Source of the DNA: Polyangia bacterium
GTDB taxonomy: Bacteria; Myxococcota_A; Polyangia; JAAYKL01
Direction: 5' to 3'
Length of the DNA stretch: 13,306 nt
Assembly (NCBI GenBank): GCA_050287845.1
Contig: JBNKCR010000005.1
Coordinates: 1-13,306, forward strand
Shown: positions 1 to 8,202 of the stretch, in pieces
Layout: each line of letters opens with the position of its first letter
Position numbering within the stretch: position 1 is the first letter of the stretch
Notes under the pieces: generated by a model
Seen by the model: only the letters and a program-made list of their open reading frames with translations
Database searches by the model: none
What the model was told of the DNA's origin: nothing
Position numbers and translations under genes: made by a program

Positions 1-57
1 TGGCTTCCCAGTCCCCGTATTCAACATCCCTGGCCGGATGAACGCCTGTGCGTCTGA
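1..57 (+). CDS. ltrA: Group II intron reverse transcriptase/maturase, C-terminal fragment (5' part outside window)
   Basis: Frame 1 reads WLPSPRIQHPWPDERLCV*, the WLPxPRIxHP(W/Y)P tail typical of endonuclease-less IEPs, ending just before domain V. Confidence 0.85.
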   Translation, partial: WLPSPRIQHPWPDERLCV

Positions 58-138
58 CCCGAGGCAGGAGCCCGGTGCGTTAGCAGCGCTCGCCGGGATC
101 TGTGCGGGGGGTGCCCTTCGGGGCATTCCTACCGCGAC
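1..138 (+). mobile_element. Group II intron, 3' end (end of IEP ORF, domains V and VI); IIB-type, probably bacterial class E-like
   Basis: Domain V at 68-100 (GAGCCCGGTGCG-TTAGCAG-CGC-TC-GCCGGGATC) with AGC triad. Domain VI hairpin at about 104-135 with a C-UUCG-G loop and a bulged A at 131, the 8th base from the canonical ...CCTACCGCGAC end (138). Preceded by an IEP-like C-terminus. Confidence 0.92.
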
Positions 139-176
139 CCACGCCTCTTTCCCCACGCCTCTTTTTGTTACGTCCC
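138..176 (+). repeat. 13-bp direct repeat CCCACGCCTCTTT (138-150, 152-164) at the intron 3' junction, followed by CGTCCC (171-176)
   Basis: Read directly from the sequence. Confidence 0.8.
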
Positions 177-196
177 TTATGTTTTTCTAGTCGAGA

Positions 197-1606
197 TTAT
201 TCAGCCAAACCTTCAAATACGTAAAGTTCAACACCAGGAGTATATGCCCTCTTGAAATCTTTGTATGTCAAGGTCTCATATCCATTGGTACCAGCACCTG
301 GGCCATAGCTATTTCGAAGAATGAGGTGCCCTCCTCCTGCTTCGTTTGAATTGTTAACATATCCAACAATTGGCATTGCATGGCCAGCATGGGCTTGAGC
401 GATCGGAATTCCCCTATCCAAATAACTTATTACCTGTTTCAGTTGAGCAGAGGTTACTTTCCCTTCATAATCCCTTTTTATGTATTTCCCTGTTAACTCC
501 AACCCCTCTTGCAGCATGAAATCACCATTGTTTTTAAGTGCGGTAGTCATCTTTTTATTCCATTTTTTATATTTGTAAACATCGGTGGTTATATAGGGCC
601 AACTGGAACTGACAACAGTACCGTATTGATAGTAACCGCTGAGAAATTTGGGAAAATTTGAGTCTTCAGCTCTATCTCCAGTTACTTTATTGCCGGCTTG
701 TATTGCATAGTCAACTGACATCTCCTTGAATTCACTGCCGGCAAGTCCTGTTAGTGCGTATTCTAAAATGAAGTTCATTGTTTGCAATACACAAGTGTTA
801 CGAAGAGTGCCCTGATCACGAATAGCAATACCTCTGCGATCTATTTCCCCCCTTAAATCAACGCCTGAAGCGATGTTAGGGTCCGTTTGATACAGCGTTT
901 TTTTCGAAAAATTTTGAGTAGGTATTCCTACACTGATATATGGATCAGATTTGGGATATCCTATAAAGCTGTTTTCAAAGCCATTGTCCGCCCAATACAA
1001 ATATAATCTGCCATAGCTTACATAGTGGGTTCCGTATGTTGGATGATAATAAATCCTGCCATTCTGGAAAATTGTGTATCTGCCGACCCCGTCTGCGCAA
1101 ACAAGCTCGTCTGATATTGGATAACCAAGAACACCTTTTTCCCAATTCAAACTTGCCCATTTGTTTCTGATCAGTCCATGAATTTCATGCGCACCCGCAC
1201 CTGGATACCAGTAGATGGAGCCATATTGAAAGTGTGTGTATCGGCCAATTCCGTCGGGAGTGACCAGTTCGTCAGTTGTCGGATATCCGAGGAAGCTGCG
1301 CTCCCAGCCTAAACTTGCCCATTTGTCCCTTATCATGCCTTTTATCACACAGGCGACACCGACATCGTTACCAATGTAAATTGAACCATTTTGATAATGC
1401 TGGAACATACCACCGCTGATTGTATAATAGGGCGTAGTTGCATTGCCAAGCCAAGTGTTTTGAGCTGATTTCCGGCTGATTTTTGAGATCATCTGTGATT
1501 GTGTCAGTGCATGTGCAGAAACAGAATGTAAGCTGAATATCAATACTGCCAGTAATATTGACGCGAAGGACAGTGGCTTTCCATAGTTTTTCAAAACGAA
1601 CCTCAT
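197..1606 (-). CDS. Secreted LGFP-repeat protein with C-terminal papain-like (C1) cysteine peptidase domain
   Basis: Signal peptide ending AHA. Repeats GMIRDKWASLGWERSFLGYPTTDE / GLIRNKWASLNWEKGVLGYPISDE / FENSFIGYPKSD are LGFP-type. C1 motifs VDLR..DQG...NTC, GHAMPIVGY and ILRNSYG supply Gln/Cys/His/Asn. RBS AAGGA upstream. Confidence 0.88.
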   Translation of the reverse strand: MRFVLKNYGKPLSFASILLAVLIFSLHSVSAHALTQSQMISKISRKSAQNTWLGNATTPYYTISGGMFQHYQNGSIYIGNDVGVACVIKGMIRDKWASLGWERSFLGYPTTDELVTPDGIGRYTHFQYGSIYWYPGAGAHEIHGLIRNKWASLNWEKGVLGYPISDELVCADGVGRYTIFQNGRIYYHPTYGTHYVSYGRLYLYWADNGFENSFIGYPKSDPYISVGIPTQNFSKKTLYQTDPNIASGVDLRGEIDRRGIAIRDQGTLRNTCVLQTMNFILEYALTGLAGSEFKEMSVDYAIQAGNKVTGDRAEDSNFPKFLSGYYQYGTVVSSSWPYITTDVYKYKKWNKKMTTALKNNGDFMLQEGLELTGKYIKRDYEGKVTSAQLKQVISYLDRGIPIAQAHAGHAMPIVGYVNNSNEAGGGHLILRNSYGPGAGTNGYETLTYKDFKRAYTPGVELYVFEGLAE

Positions 1607-1922
1607 TTGTTATTATTCCTTGAAGAATTGTTGATTGTTGCCGCTGGCATATAAAAAAATAGTACCCAGCAATTCAACCAAGTACGGATGGTTACTCGTC
1701 ATTTACAATTTAGTGGCCTCGATGTCCAGTACAATCGAATACCTTTCTCAGGTGATTACTTCTTGTTCTATAAGTATTCTTTGAAACCGTTTCATGTTGC
1801 TCCAGTTGAAGCCGATAACGGCAGAAAACCGATGATTCCCAGTCGAAGGTTTCCCCCCGAGCCCAGCGAAATCCGAAGACACAACCATGCGGCGATTCCC
1901 TGAGCCACAGCACACACGAACA

Positions 1923-2041
1923 ATCAGATTAAACCTGCTCTTCGATAGCCGAAATGGAGCGCGGCGCAACTGGAAAGGAATCTTCGTGCCTCTCCCCCTT
2001 GAGACCGCCGAACTCCAGCTCGGCCTGTTCTGACAGTGCTG
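1923..2041 (+). pseudogene. Possible degenerate C-terminus of an IS4-like transposase with terminal-repeat-like end
   Basis: Reads IRLNLLF...FVPLPLETAELQLGLF* (QLxLF clamp-binding-like tail), followed by GACAGTGCTG, which resembles IS4 right ends. Weak evidence. Confidence 0.3.
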
Positions 2042-2230
2042 TAGAGAAGCAGAATAGCGAGCCTCAAATCTAAATATCATATGTCCCGTCCAGGTTGACA
2101 CCGCATGCAGAACTGCAGAACTTGCAACGATTTATTTCTTTCGGATTTTTTTTTTTGGACTTCAGTCTTCTGAAATCAGCATATACTGTATCTGGATTCC
2201 AGTAATTACCGTCTACATGGGGAAGGCGCA

Positions 2231-3742
2231 ATGAATAGAAAATGGTTGTTCCGAGTATTGGCAATGGTTTTAGGAGGACTCATGATTGGTTGTAGTACCG
2301 ATGGCGCCACTTCGTGGAAAGACGACACAGACAGTGCCACAGGCGGCGATGCGGACAGCGATACCGACGTAGATGCCGATAGCGATGCTGACATGGACAG
2401 CGATACCGACATAGTTGAGCCTGTCGTGGGAGATTACTATGTTGCGAAAGACGGAGATGATACCCATCCGGGAACTGAAGAACTGCCTTGGCGTACAATC
2501 CAAAAAGGAGTTGATACCCTGTCCGCTGGAGAAACGCTGGTGGTTAAACCCGGAGTTTACGATGAAAGAGTGGTGGTTTCAAACAGCGGCACCGCCGAGG
2601 ATGCCAGACTCAAAATCTTTTCGCAAACGGCACATGGTGCGAAATGTCAGGGTTTTGAAATTAAAGGCAACTATGTCACTATCAGCGGATTCCAGATTGA
2701 AGCAGAGTTGCCGGACGGCAGGGGTGTTTATGTCAACGGCGCAAGCCATGTTGATATTCTGAATAATCATATTTTCGAATGTCCATCCGGGGGCATTGAT
2801 GTCAGCGGCCCAGACATCAACAACCTTGCAAGCGATGCAAGGCTGCGCAACAACCATCTTGAACACAATGGACAGTGGGGCGTACATATTGTGGGATCAT
2901 ATATTACCCTGGAAGGCAATGAAGTAGAAAGAACCGTTCAGCATCACCCTAAAATCGAATATACGGGTTTCCATGGTGAGGATGCGGACGGCTTTCGTAT
3001 TTTTGGCGATCACCATACGATTCGCCGCAACTACCTGCACGATTTGGGAAACGTTGAAGATGCGGGAAACCACCAGGGCCTGACCGACCCGGCATATCCC
3101 AGCGAAGACTTTCCCCATGTCGATTGCATTCAGTCGTGGGATCGAACCTTACACGGCGGAAGACCCGTCATGAAAGATACACTCATCGAACAGAATCACT
3201 GCCGTTTGAGCCGCGCAAGTTCCAAGGGGATTACTGTTTCTGCGATTGATGCACCGGCGAGCGACCTGATTATTCGAAACAATATTTTTGAATATCGCGA
3301 TGTCGGTGTTCTGGTCAGCGAAGGTACATTCCAAAATGTGTCGATATACAACAATTTGTTCAAGGCGCTTCTCAACGATGATTCCTGGGGCGCAGCAGTG
3401 AGCCTGGACAATGTCGACGGATTTCAAGTGCTCAATAACATAATGATTGATTGCCACGCAGAAGTGCGCAAAATCTACGGTGCCGGAACCATTGACTACA
3501 ATTTGGTTTGGTGGTCGAACGGCGACACCCCTGCCGGTGTTCCCAGTGCCCAGACACATGAACTGTGGGGAGTTGATCCATTGTTTGCCTCGTATGATGG
3601 CAGCAACGGCGGAGATTACCATTTAACGGCGGATTCGTTGGCGATTGGCGCAGGGATTCGAATAGATGACTTGAATGAAGATTATGATGGTGTGCCACGC
3701 CCCGAAAGCATTGCGATAGGCCCTTATGAATATGTTCCCTGA
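2231..3742 (+). CDS. Lipoprotein with Asp-rich linker and right-handed parallel beta-helix (DUF1565/pectate-lyase-like) domain
   Basis: Lipobox LMIG-C21 and a DTDS/DADSDTD linker. YYVAKDGDD..PGTEELPWRTIQKG...L..GET..V.PGVY start motif, many I..N.. beta-helix rungs, and a C-terminal DYHL...S.AIGAG...DYDG.PRP...IGPYEY. Confidence 0.85.
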   Translation: MNRKWLFRVLAMVLGGLMIGCSTDGATSWKDDTDSATGGDADSDTDVDADSDADMDSDTDIVEPVVGDYYVAKDGDDTHPGTEELPWRTIQKGVDTLSAGETLVVKPGVYDERVVVSNSGTAEDARLKIFSQTAHGAKCQGFEIKGNYVTISGFQIEAELPDGRGVYVNGASHVDILNNHIFECPSGGIDVSGPDINNLASDARLRNNHLEHNGQWGVHIVGSYITLEGNEVERTVQHHPKIEYTGFHGEDADGFRIFGDHHTIRRNYLHDLGNVEDAGNHQGLTDPAYPSEDFPHVDCIQSWDRTLHGGRPVMKDTLIEQNHCRLSRASSKGITVSAIDAPASDLIIRNNIFEYRDVGVLVSEGTFQNVSIYNNLFKALLNDDSWGAAVSLDNVDGFQVLNNIMIDCHAEVRKIYGAGTIDYNLVWWSNGDTPAGVPSAQTHELWGVDPLFASYDGSNGGDYHLTADSLAIGAGIRIDDLNEDYDGVPRPESIAIGPYEYVP

Positions 3743-3790
3743 CACAAGCGTATTCGAAGTTTGGTTGATTCTTCTGACGGAGGATAGTGA

Positions 3791-5242
3791 ATGATTCATA
3801 TTCGCAAATTATTGGTCGTACTGATGATTATTTTTTTTGGAGCGTCGTTCGGATGCGGAGAAGACGCAAAAACAGATGGGGACAACAAATACACCGGCAA
3901 CGATATTGACAGCAACAGTGATATGGATAGTGGCAGTGATACCGGAAACAATAGCGATGCGGAAAGTGACACCGGCAGCGATACGGACAGCAGCGTCCAT
4001 GGAGATACCGATAGTGAAGGGCAAATTCATGGCACTGGCTGCAATTCTATCACACACGAATTCCAAAAGGGTATGACTGGGTCATTGGGGAGTCCAACAT
4101 GGTACGCAGCACTTGGCGCTGCCGGTGTAGGTGAAAGCACAACGGCATATTGGAAATATGGGAAGCAGACGACGCTCACCGTAACTTTTGATGACAGCAC
4201 TCAGGGACAGGCAAAGTACGCAATTCCCAAACTGAAAGAATTGGGAATTGTCGGAACATTTTTCGTAAATCCGGGAACAGAGAAATTCGTCACAGAAAAT
4301 GCGATTTGGCATACCGCTTATACCGTAAGTGGGCAGGAAATCGCCAATCACACCTGGCAACATGAGGGTGGGACCACCGCGGCTCAGGCCGAGGAGGCGG
4401 TGGACCTTGCCGGTGACTATATTAGAAAATTCATCTATGGGATAGATTCGGCAGAGGAAAAAATTCTGGCGTTTAACCGGGCAGGAGGAACCGACTGGCA
4501 TATTGACCCAACCTCAGAAGATTGGAATATGTTTATTCGGGGCAACTATCTCTTTGAAAGAAAGAGCAGTAGCGGAGTGAGCCCAGGCACCACTTACAGC
4601 GAAATGAGAGACCTGGTTCTTGCTGCCTTTCAAAGCGGCGGCACCTTTGAAACCACAGGGGGAAGCATACACTTTCACGGAATCTGTGACGATGAGATCT
4701 ATCTCAATTGTGACAATGAATCGGTTGAATTTCCAACCAATAACGGTGCAGTACAGAAAAGCCATTTCTATGATTTTCTTGAATGGCTGGTCGACCCTAC
4801 CGGTTTTCCCGCAACGAACATATGGCTTGCCGGATACGCAGAGTACAGAAAGTATATGGTGGCCAGATCGGGAACAACCGTACATCTGGACGGTATCGAC
4901 GGTTCTGGCAGTGATATTGTCATACACATAGAACTGAATTTTTCCATGCCGTCCGTCTCTGAAATCGAACCGGTTCAATACACTTCAACCTACGGTCTTA
5001 CCTGGGGAAATGACGATGAGATGGCGAATCCCGACTTATACAGATGCGAACCGATAACCGTGTACACCAAAATACCGGAAGGATGGCCCGCAGCGAGAGT
5101 CACCCTGGAAACAGGTGAGAGTCATGTATACCGTGTGGATAATGCAGAAGTGCGTTATGAAGCATTCCCAAACAGCACCGTGACAATAGAATCCGCCCAG
5201 GAAGAAAACATCGATATTCCCTATGTCGGCATCCCTCTATAG
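3791..5242 (+). CDS. Lipoprotein with Asp/Ser-rich linker and NodB-type (CE4) polysaccharide deacetylase domain
   Basis: Lipobox ASFG-C22. CE4 motifs TFDDS, GTFFV, QEIANHTWQH and IHFHG. RBS GGAGG at 3779-3783; 48 bp after the preceding gene on the same strand. Confidence 0.85.
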   Translation: MIHIRKLLVVLMIIFFGASFGCGEDAKTDGDNKYTGNDIDSNSDMDSGSDTGNNSDAESDTGSDTDSSVHGDTDSEGQIHGTGCNSITHEFQKGMTGSLGSPTWYAALGAAGVGESTTAYWKYGKQTTLTVTFDDSTQGQAKYAIPKLKELGIVGTFFVNPGTEKFVTENAIWHTAYTVSGQEIANHTWQHEGGTTAAQAEEAVDLAGDYIRKFIYGIDSAEEKILAFNRAGGTDWHIDPTSEDWNMFIRGNYLFERKSSSGVSPGTTYSEMRDLVLAAFQSGGTFETTGGSIHFHGICDDEIYLNCDNESVEFPTNNGAVQKSHFYDFLEWLVDPTGFPATNIWLAGYAEYRKYMVARSGTTVHLDGIDGSGSDIVIHIELNFSMPSVSEIEPVQYTSTYGLTWGNDDEMANPDLYRCEPITVYTKIPEGWPAARVTLETGESHVYRVDNAEVRYEAFPNSTVTIESAQEENIDIPYVGIPL

Positions 5243-5245
5243 ACC

Positions 5246-5398
5246 ATGAAATGGTATGACTCAAACCAAAATTTGACCGGTATGTCCAGCTTTGCTACTG
5301 ATTCTTAATGCTACGATATTGATGAGCACGAAACAACGGGCTCGTGGGGACCATATTTCTATTGTGGTGGTCCTGGATACAACAGCGATTGTCAGTAA
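5246..5398 (+). pseudogene. C-terminal remnant of a neprosin (DUF239, glutamic peptidase) domain gene with an internal stop
   Basis: Reads MKWYDSNQNL...FATDS*CYDIDEHETTGSWGPYFYCGGPGYNSDCQ*, matching the neprosin C-terminal signature CYD(I/V)...WGxYFYYGGPG....C. In-frame TAA at 5306-5308. Confidence 0.75.
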
Positions 5399-5409
5399 TC
5401 CGATTTTTG

Positions 5410-5437
5410 TGGGGTGTAGGGTGGGGTGTAGGGACGG
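5410..5437 (-). repeat. CCGTCCC motif with 12-bp tandem duplication (TGGGGTGTAGGG x2 on + strand)
   Basis: 5410-5421 and 5422-5433 are identical; GGGACGG at 5431-5437. Confidence 0.8.
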
Positions 5438-5665
5438 TACTCGACTTCTCAGGTAATTGCGGGTTTTGAGTGGAGAGCAATTTAGATGACGCGTCATATG
5501 AACGTAAAATCTGCAACTATCCGAGTTTCCGAGAGCGGTTCCCATGTTTTCATGAAAATTTTTGCGAACGCAAACTGAACAACGGGAAAAAAAGCGGTAT
5601 CCTTGAAATAGGGACGATATAAGCGTCATGGCTTTTATCTTTCCTTTGGCCAGGGGGGATAACGT

Positions 5666-6601
5666 ATGACCAGCTTAAAAATGAAGATGGCCATTTTTTT
5701 AGCGCCGGTTGTTTTTTTTGCAGCGGGTTATTGGATTGGGCGCAATGTGAATAAACGCGCTGATGAACCGGATAAAGTGGCAAATGCGGCTGGGGGAGAG
5801 CGTGATGCCAACAGGTTGGAGAATCATTCTTCAAAAGTATCTTATGACAATCGAATAAGAAGAAGTAAGAACTGCTCCATCAGAGATTTTCATTCCAGCG
5901 ATGTGATAAATCGGACCAGAATGATATTAAAAAAACAACGCATCAGTGCCGCCAATGATTTTATAAAGAACGTTGGTATTGTGGATGAAGTAGACCAAAA
6001 GCGGATAAGGGATTCGTATCTCGAAGGTTGTACCCAGTATGTCGGTTACAATGGCATTCGGAACGTTTACTCATTCAAAAGCCCTGACAACAGCATTACC
6101 CCATGTGAAAATTCAATCGGGCTAAAAGATGACTATGATGTATCGCCCCAGTTGGCCGAAGCCTCGGCTGCTAATCAAGTCAATGAACAGGAACTGTCCG
6201 CTGATGAATTGCGCTATCGCCAAATGTTAAAAGAAGAGAAGGCCAGTGAGGTAGTGCGCAATTTTGATTTAAGTACCGCCGATTTGACCCGGGGAACCAA
6301 TTTGAATGAAGGGAATGCAGAAGTGCTGCGCGATAATTTGGAATCAGTGAGAAGAGTCGTTGCCCGGTCTGAAGGTCCTGCCAAAAAAGCCGAGGTGGTA
6401 TGTAAATTCGATGATCACCTCAATGAATTTCTCGAAGATCATAAGGTTACCGGCTACAATCCCTCCCTGGAAATATTTCTGGAGGCCCTAAGAGAATCAG
6501 TGGGAACCAACATTGAAGGTGCCTGTTTTGACGCGTACAGGGCCAAACCCACCATGTACGACGACGGCCACGGAAATGTCTACGAACTCTATTTCTTCTG
6601 A
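5666..6601 (+). CDS. Hypothetical protein with N-terminal membrane anchor
   Basis: 311-aa ORF with GGGGGA RBS, a hydrophobic segment AIFLAPVVFFAAGYWIG and a charged, probably helical remainder. No recognised motif. Confidence 0.75.
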   Translation: MTSLKMKMAIFLAPVVFFAAGYWIGRNVNKRADEPDKVANAAGGERDANRLENHSSKVSYDNRIRRSKNCSIRDFHSSDVINRTRMILKKQRISAANDFIKNVGIVDEVDQKRIRDSYLEGCTQYVGYNGIRNVYSFKSPDNSITPCENSIGLKDDYDVSPQLAEASAANQVNEQELSADELRYRQMLKEEKASEVVRNFDLSTADLTRGTNLNEGNAEVLRDNLESVRRVVARSEGPAKKAEVVCKFDDHLNEFLEDHKVTGYNPSLEIFLEALRESVGTNIEGACFDAYRAKPTMYDDGHGNVYELYFF

Positions 6602-6646
6602 ATTATCCCACGCCCCAAACCATCAGAAATCCTCTCTGCCTTGAAC

Positions 6647-6696
6647 AAAATGACCTCGAAGAAAATGACTGGGAGTCATTTCAGATGGGTCATTTT
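6647..6696. repeat. Nested inverted repeat of four AAATGAC boxes
   Basis: AAAATGACC (6647-6655), AAAATGACT (6662-6670), AGTCATTT (6674-6681), GGTCATTTT (6688-6696). Confidence 0.7.
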
Positions 6697-6854
6697 AGAA
6701 GGGCATGGTGGGGTTGGTGGTGGCGTTGCCTGTTCAGCGGAAGAAACGAAAACAGTCAACCATCACAGCCTGAATTCTATGTCTTTTGAGTTTATAATTA
6801 GCTTGCCTTTGTCTGATGCCCGAAAAGTATGAAACTCGTGAAAAACTGAAGTCC

Positions 6855-6881
6855 GTCCACGGGGACACTGTCCCCGTGGAC
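6855..6881. repeat. Perfect 27-bp palindrome (13-bp arms, 1-bp centre), REP-like
   Basis: GTCCACGGGGACA-C-TGTCCCCGTGGAC. Confidence 0.85.
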
Positions 6882-6960
6882 ACTCTATTTTGTCCTGAAC
6901 GTCTGGCGTATCACGGGGCTGGATCGCTCTCTGAGATTGAGTTCAGTTCATGTAAAGGAC

Positions 6961-6987
6961 GTCATACCCGCGAAGGCGGGTACCCAG
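6961..6987 (+). repeat. REP-like hairpin of the GTCATTCCCGCG..GCGGGAATCCAG (dRS3-like) class
   Basis: GTCATACCCGC-GAAG-GCGGGTACCCAG, 7-bp stem TACCCGC/GCGGGTA. Confidence 0.7.
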
Positions 6988-7080
6988 TGCATAGGGTATC
7001 CCTGGGCGGTGATTTGTTTCCATAAATCGTTCCAATGATGAATACTGCAGGTTTTTTCCGGTGACTTCAGCCCCAAACGA

Positions 7081-7845
7081 TCAGGCAGATTCACGGGCAC
7101 GTTCTTTCCATTGTTCAACATTGATGCCTTTGATCAGGAGCCACAATGTAAACGCCAATTCTCCCGGAATCGACAGCACGACCACAACCGTCGAGAGGAT
7201 GTCGTCATACTGGGGCGCAAGAAGATGTCCAAAACTTTGCGCGAGATAGCCCACAGACCCGATGACCAGCAAGATACCCAGCAGCCTGGGCCAGAAGCCC
7301 GACTTGTAGACCAGGTAGCCCAGCAACAACAGATGAAAGCCAAAGAGCAATCCCCAGACGATGATCACAAACGCATTTATGTCCATAAACAGCAGCACAA
7401 GCGCGTTCAACTGGTCCGGCTCAAACGCGGCCAGATACCCCGTACCGCCCAGCAGCAGCAGGGCGGGGACGGCGGTAAACAGGTTGACGGCCTGCAACAT
7501 GGACTGCCCGAACCGGGCCAGCGTCGAAGCCAGGGCAAGCGGCATGTTCACCGGCCTGAGCAACATGTAGAGAATGGCGCTCACCACGATTTCGATAAAA
7601 ATGATGAGCGTTTCGGCCACCATCCCAAAACGGAACATCGATTCCGAGGCCATCAGGGTATTGATCGTTTCGGCGGGATCACCGGGCACAACAACGGCGG
7701 TTCGACCCATAAAGAAGGCGAAGGGACCAAGGAAAAAGATAGCCAGATAGAAGCCCCCGACGATTCTGGCATACGTCTTTGGCGACGTGCCAGCAGTATG
7801 GGTGGTCGTTCCCGTTTTTCCCAACGCAGCTGTGTTCGCACTCAT
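7081..7845 (-). CDS. DUF4386-family integral membrane protein
   Basis: About 6-7 hydrophobic helices, with motifs ARIVGGFYL, LY.LLRPVN..LA and FGFHLLLLGYLVYKSGFWPRLLGILL. RBS AAGGAG upstream. Confidence 0.85.
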   Translation of the reverse strand: MSANTAALGKTGTTTHTAGTSPKTYARIVGGFYLAIFFLGPFAFFMGRTAVVVPGDPAETINTLMASESMFRFGMVAETLIIFIEIVVSAILYMLLRPVNMPLALASTLARFGQSMLQAVNLFTAVPALLLLGGTGYLAAFEPDQLNALVLLFMDINAFVIIVWGLLFGFHLLLLGYLVYKSGFWPRLLGILLVIGSVGYLAQSFGHLLAPQYDDILSTVVVVLSIPGELAFTLWLLIKGINVEQWKERARESA

Positions 7846-7874
7846 TCTTCACTCCTTTAGTTGAAAGCCAATGA

Positions 7875-7997
7875 GTATAGATTCAACTGATTGATTTATT
7901 GATTTTCTACTTCCTGATCCCGAATGTATTCATCGACGACTTGCTTGTCACATCCAACTGTCGAAACAACGGATCCCCTTACCCGGAATTTCCACCC
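7875..7997 (-). pseudogene. tnpA: Degenerate C-terminal remnant of an IS200/IS605-family Y1 transposase
   Basis: Reads GWKFRVRGSVVSTVGCDKQVVDEYIRDQEVENQ*INQLNLY, matching G..FWARGYFVSTVG.D..VI.EYIR.QE.....DQLNL with the catalytic YxxxQ helix. In-frame stop at 7896-7898. Confidence 0.75.
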
Positions 7998-8008
7998 CCA
8001 AACGTGCT

Positions 8009-8033
8009 CCGTCCCCTCTGGTCTCTCTGGTCT
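8009..8033 (+). repeat. CCGTCCC motif followed by 9-bp tandem duplication (CTCTGGTCT x2)
   Basis: 8016-8024 and 8025-8033 are identical. Confidence 0.8.
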
Positions 8034-8120
8034 ATTGTCGCGGCGTGATCCCTTATCGCGTTTGCCCCAGCATAAAACTGCTCCAAAGTGGCAAGTAGGA
8101 GGGTCAGACCCCGGTCGTCA

Positions 8121-8153
8121 TCCTGTCACATGGATTCTTGCGTATCGTGGTAT
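8121..8153 (-). pseudogene. Probable N-terminal remnant of a REP-associated (RAYT-like) Y1 transposase with mutated start (ATA)
   Basis: Reads (I/M)PRYARIHVTG*, resembling the MPRxARIxxxG start of RAYT-type transposases. It sits directly behind a promoter-like sequence and between CCGTCCC motifs. Only 11 codons. Confidence 0.45.
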
Positions 8154-8159
8154 CACCAG

Positions 8160-8188
8160 ATAATGAGGGATTCCCGATTGTTTTGCAA
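8160..8188 (-). promoter_or_regulatory. Sigma70-like promoter, leaderless arrangement relative to the 8153 remnant
   Basis: Minus strand TTGCAA-N17-CATTAT, with 6 nt between the -10 and the ATA codon at 8153. Confidence 0.45.
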
Positions 8189-8202
8189 CGACTTTTTAAC
8201 TT

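Noticed and set aside
2320..2410. GAC/GAT-rich quasi-repeats as a DNA repeat element
   Set aside because: Explained by the Asp-rich protein linker; the codons vary synonymously.
2206..4978. Many short overlapping ORFs within the two lipoprotein genes
   Set aside because: Alternative-frame or antisense artefacts of well-supported genes.
6602..6730. Integron attC site / classical cassette array
   Set aside because: No matching RYYYAAC...GTTRRRY ends, genes lie on both strands, and there is no integrase in the window.
7111..7860. 249-aa plus-strand ORF
   Set aside because: Antisense shadow of the DUF4386 gene with no motifs.
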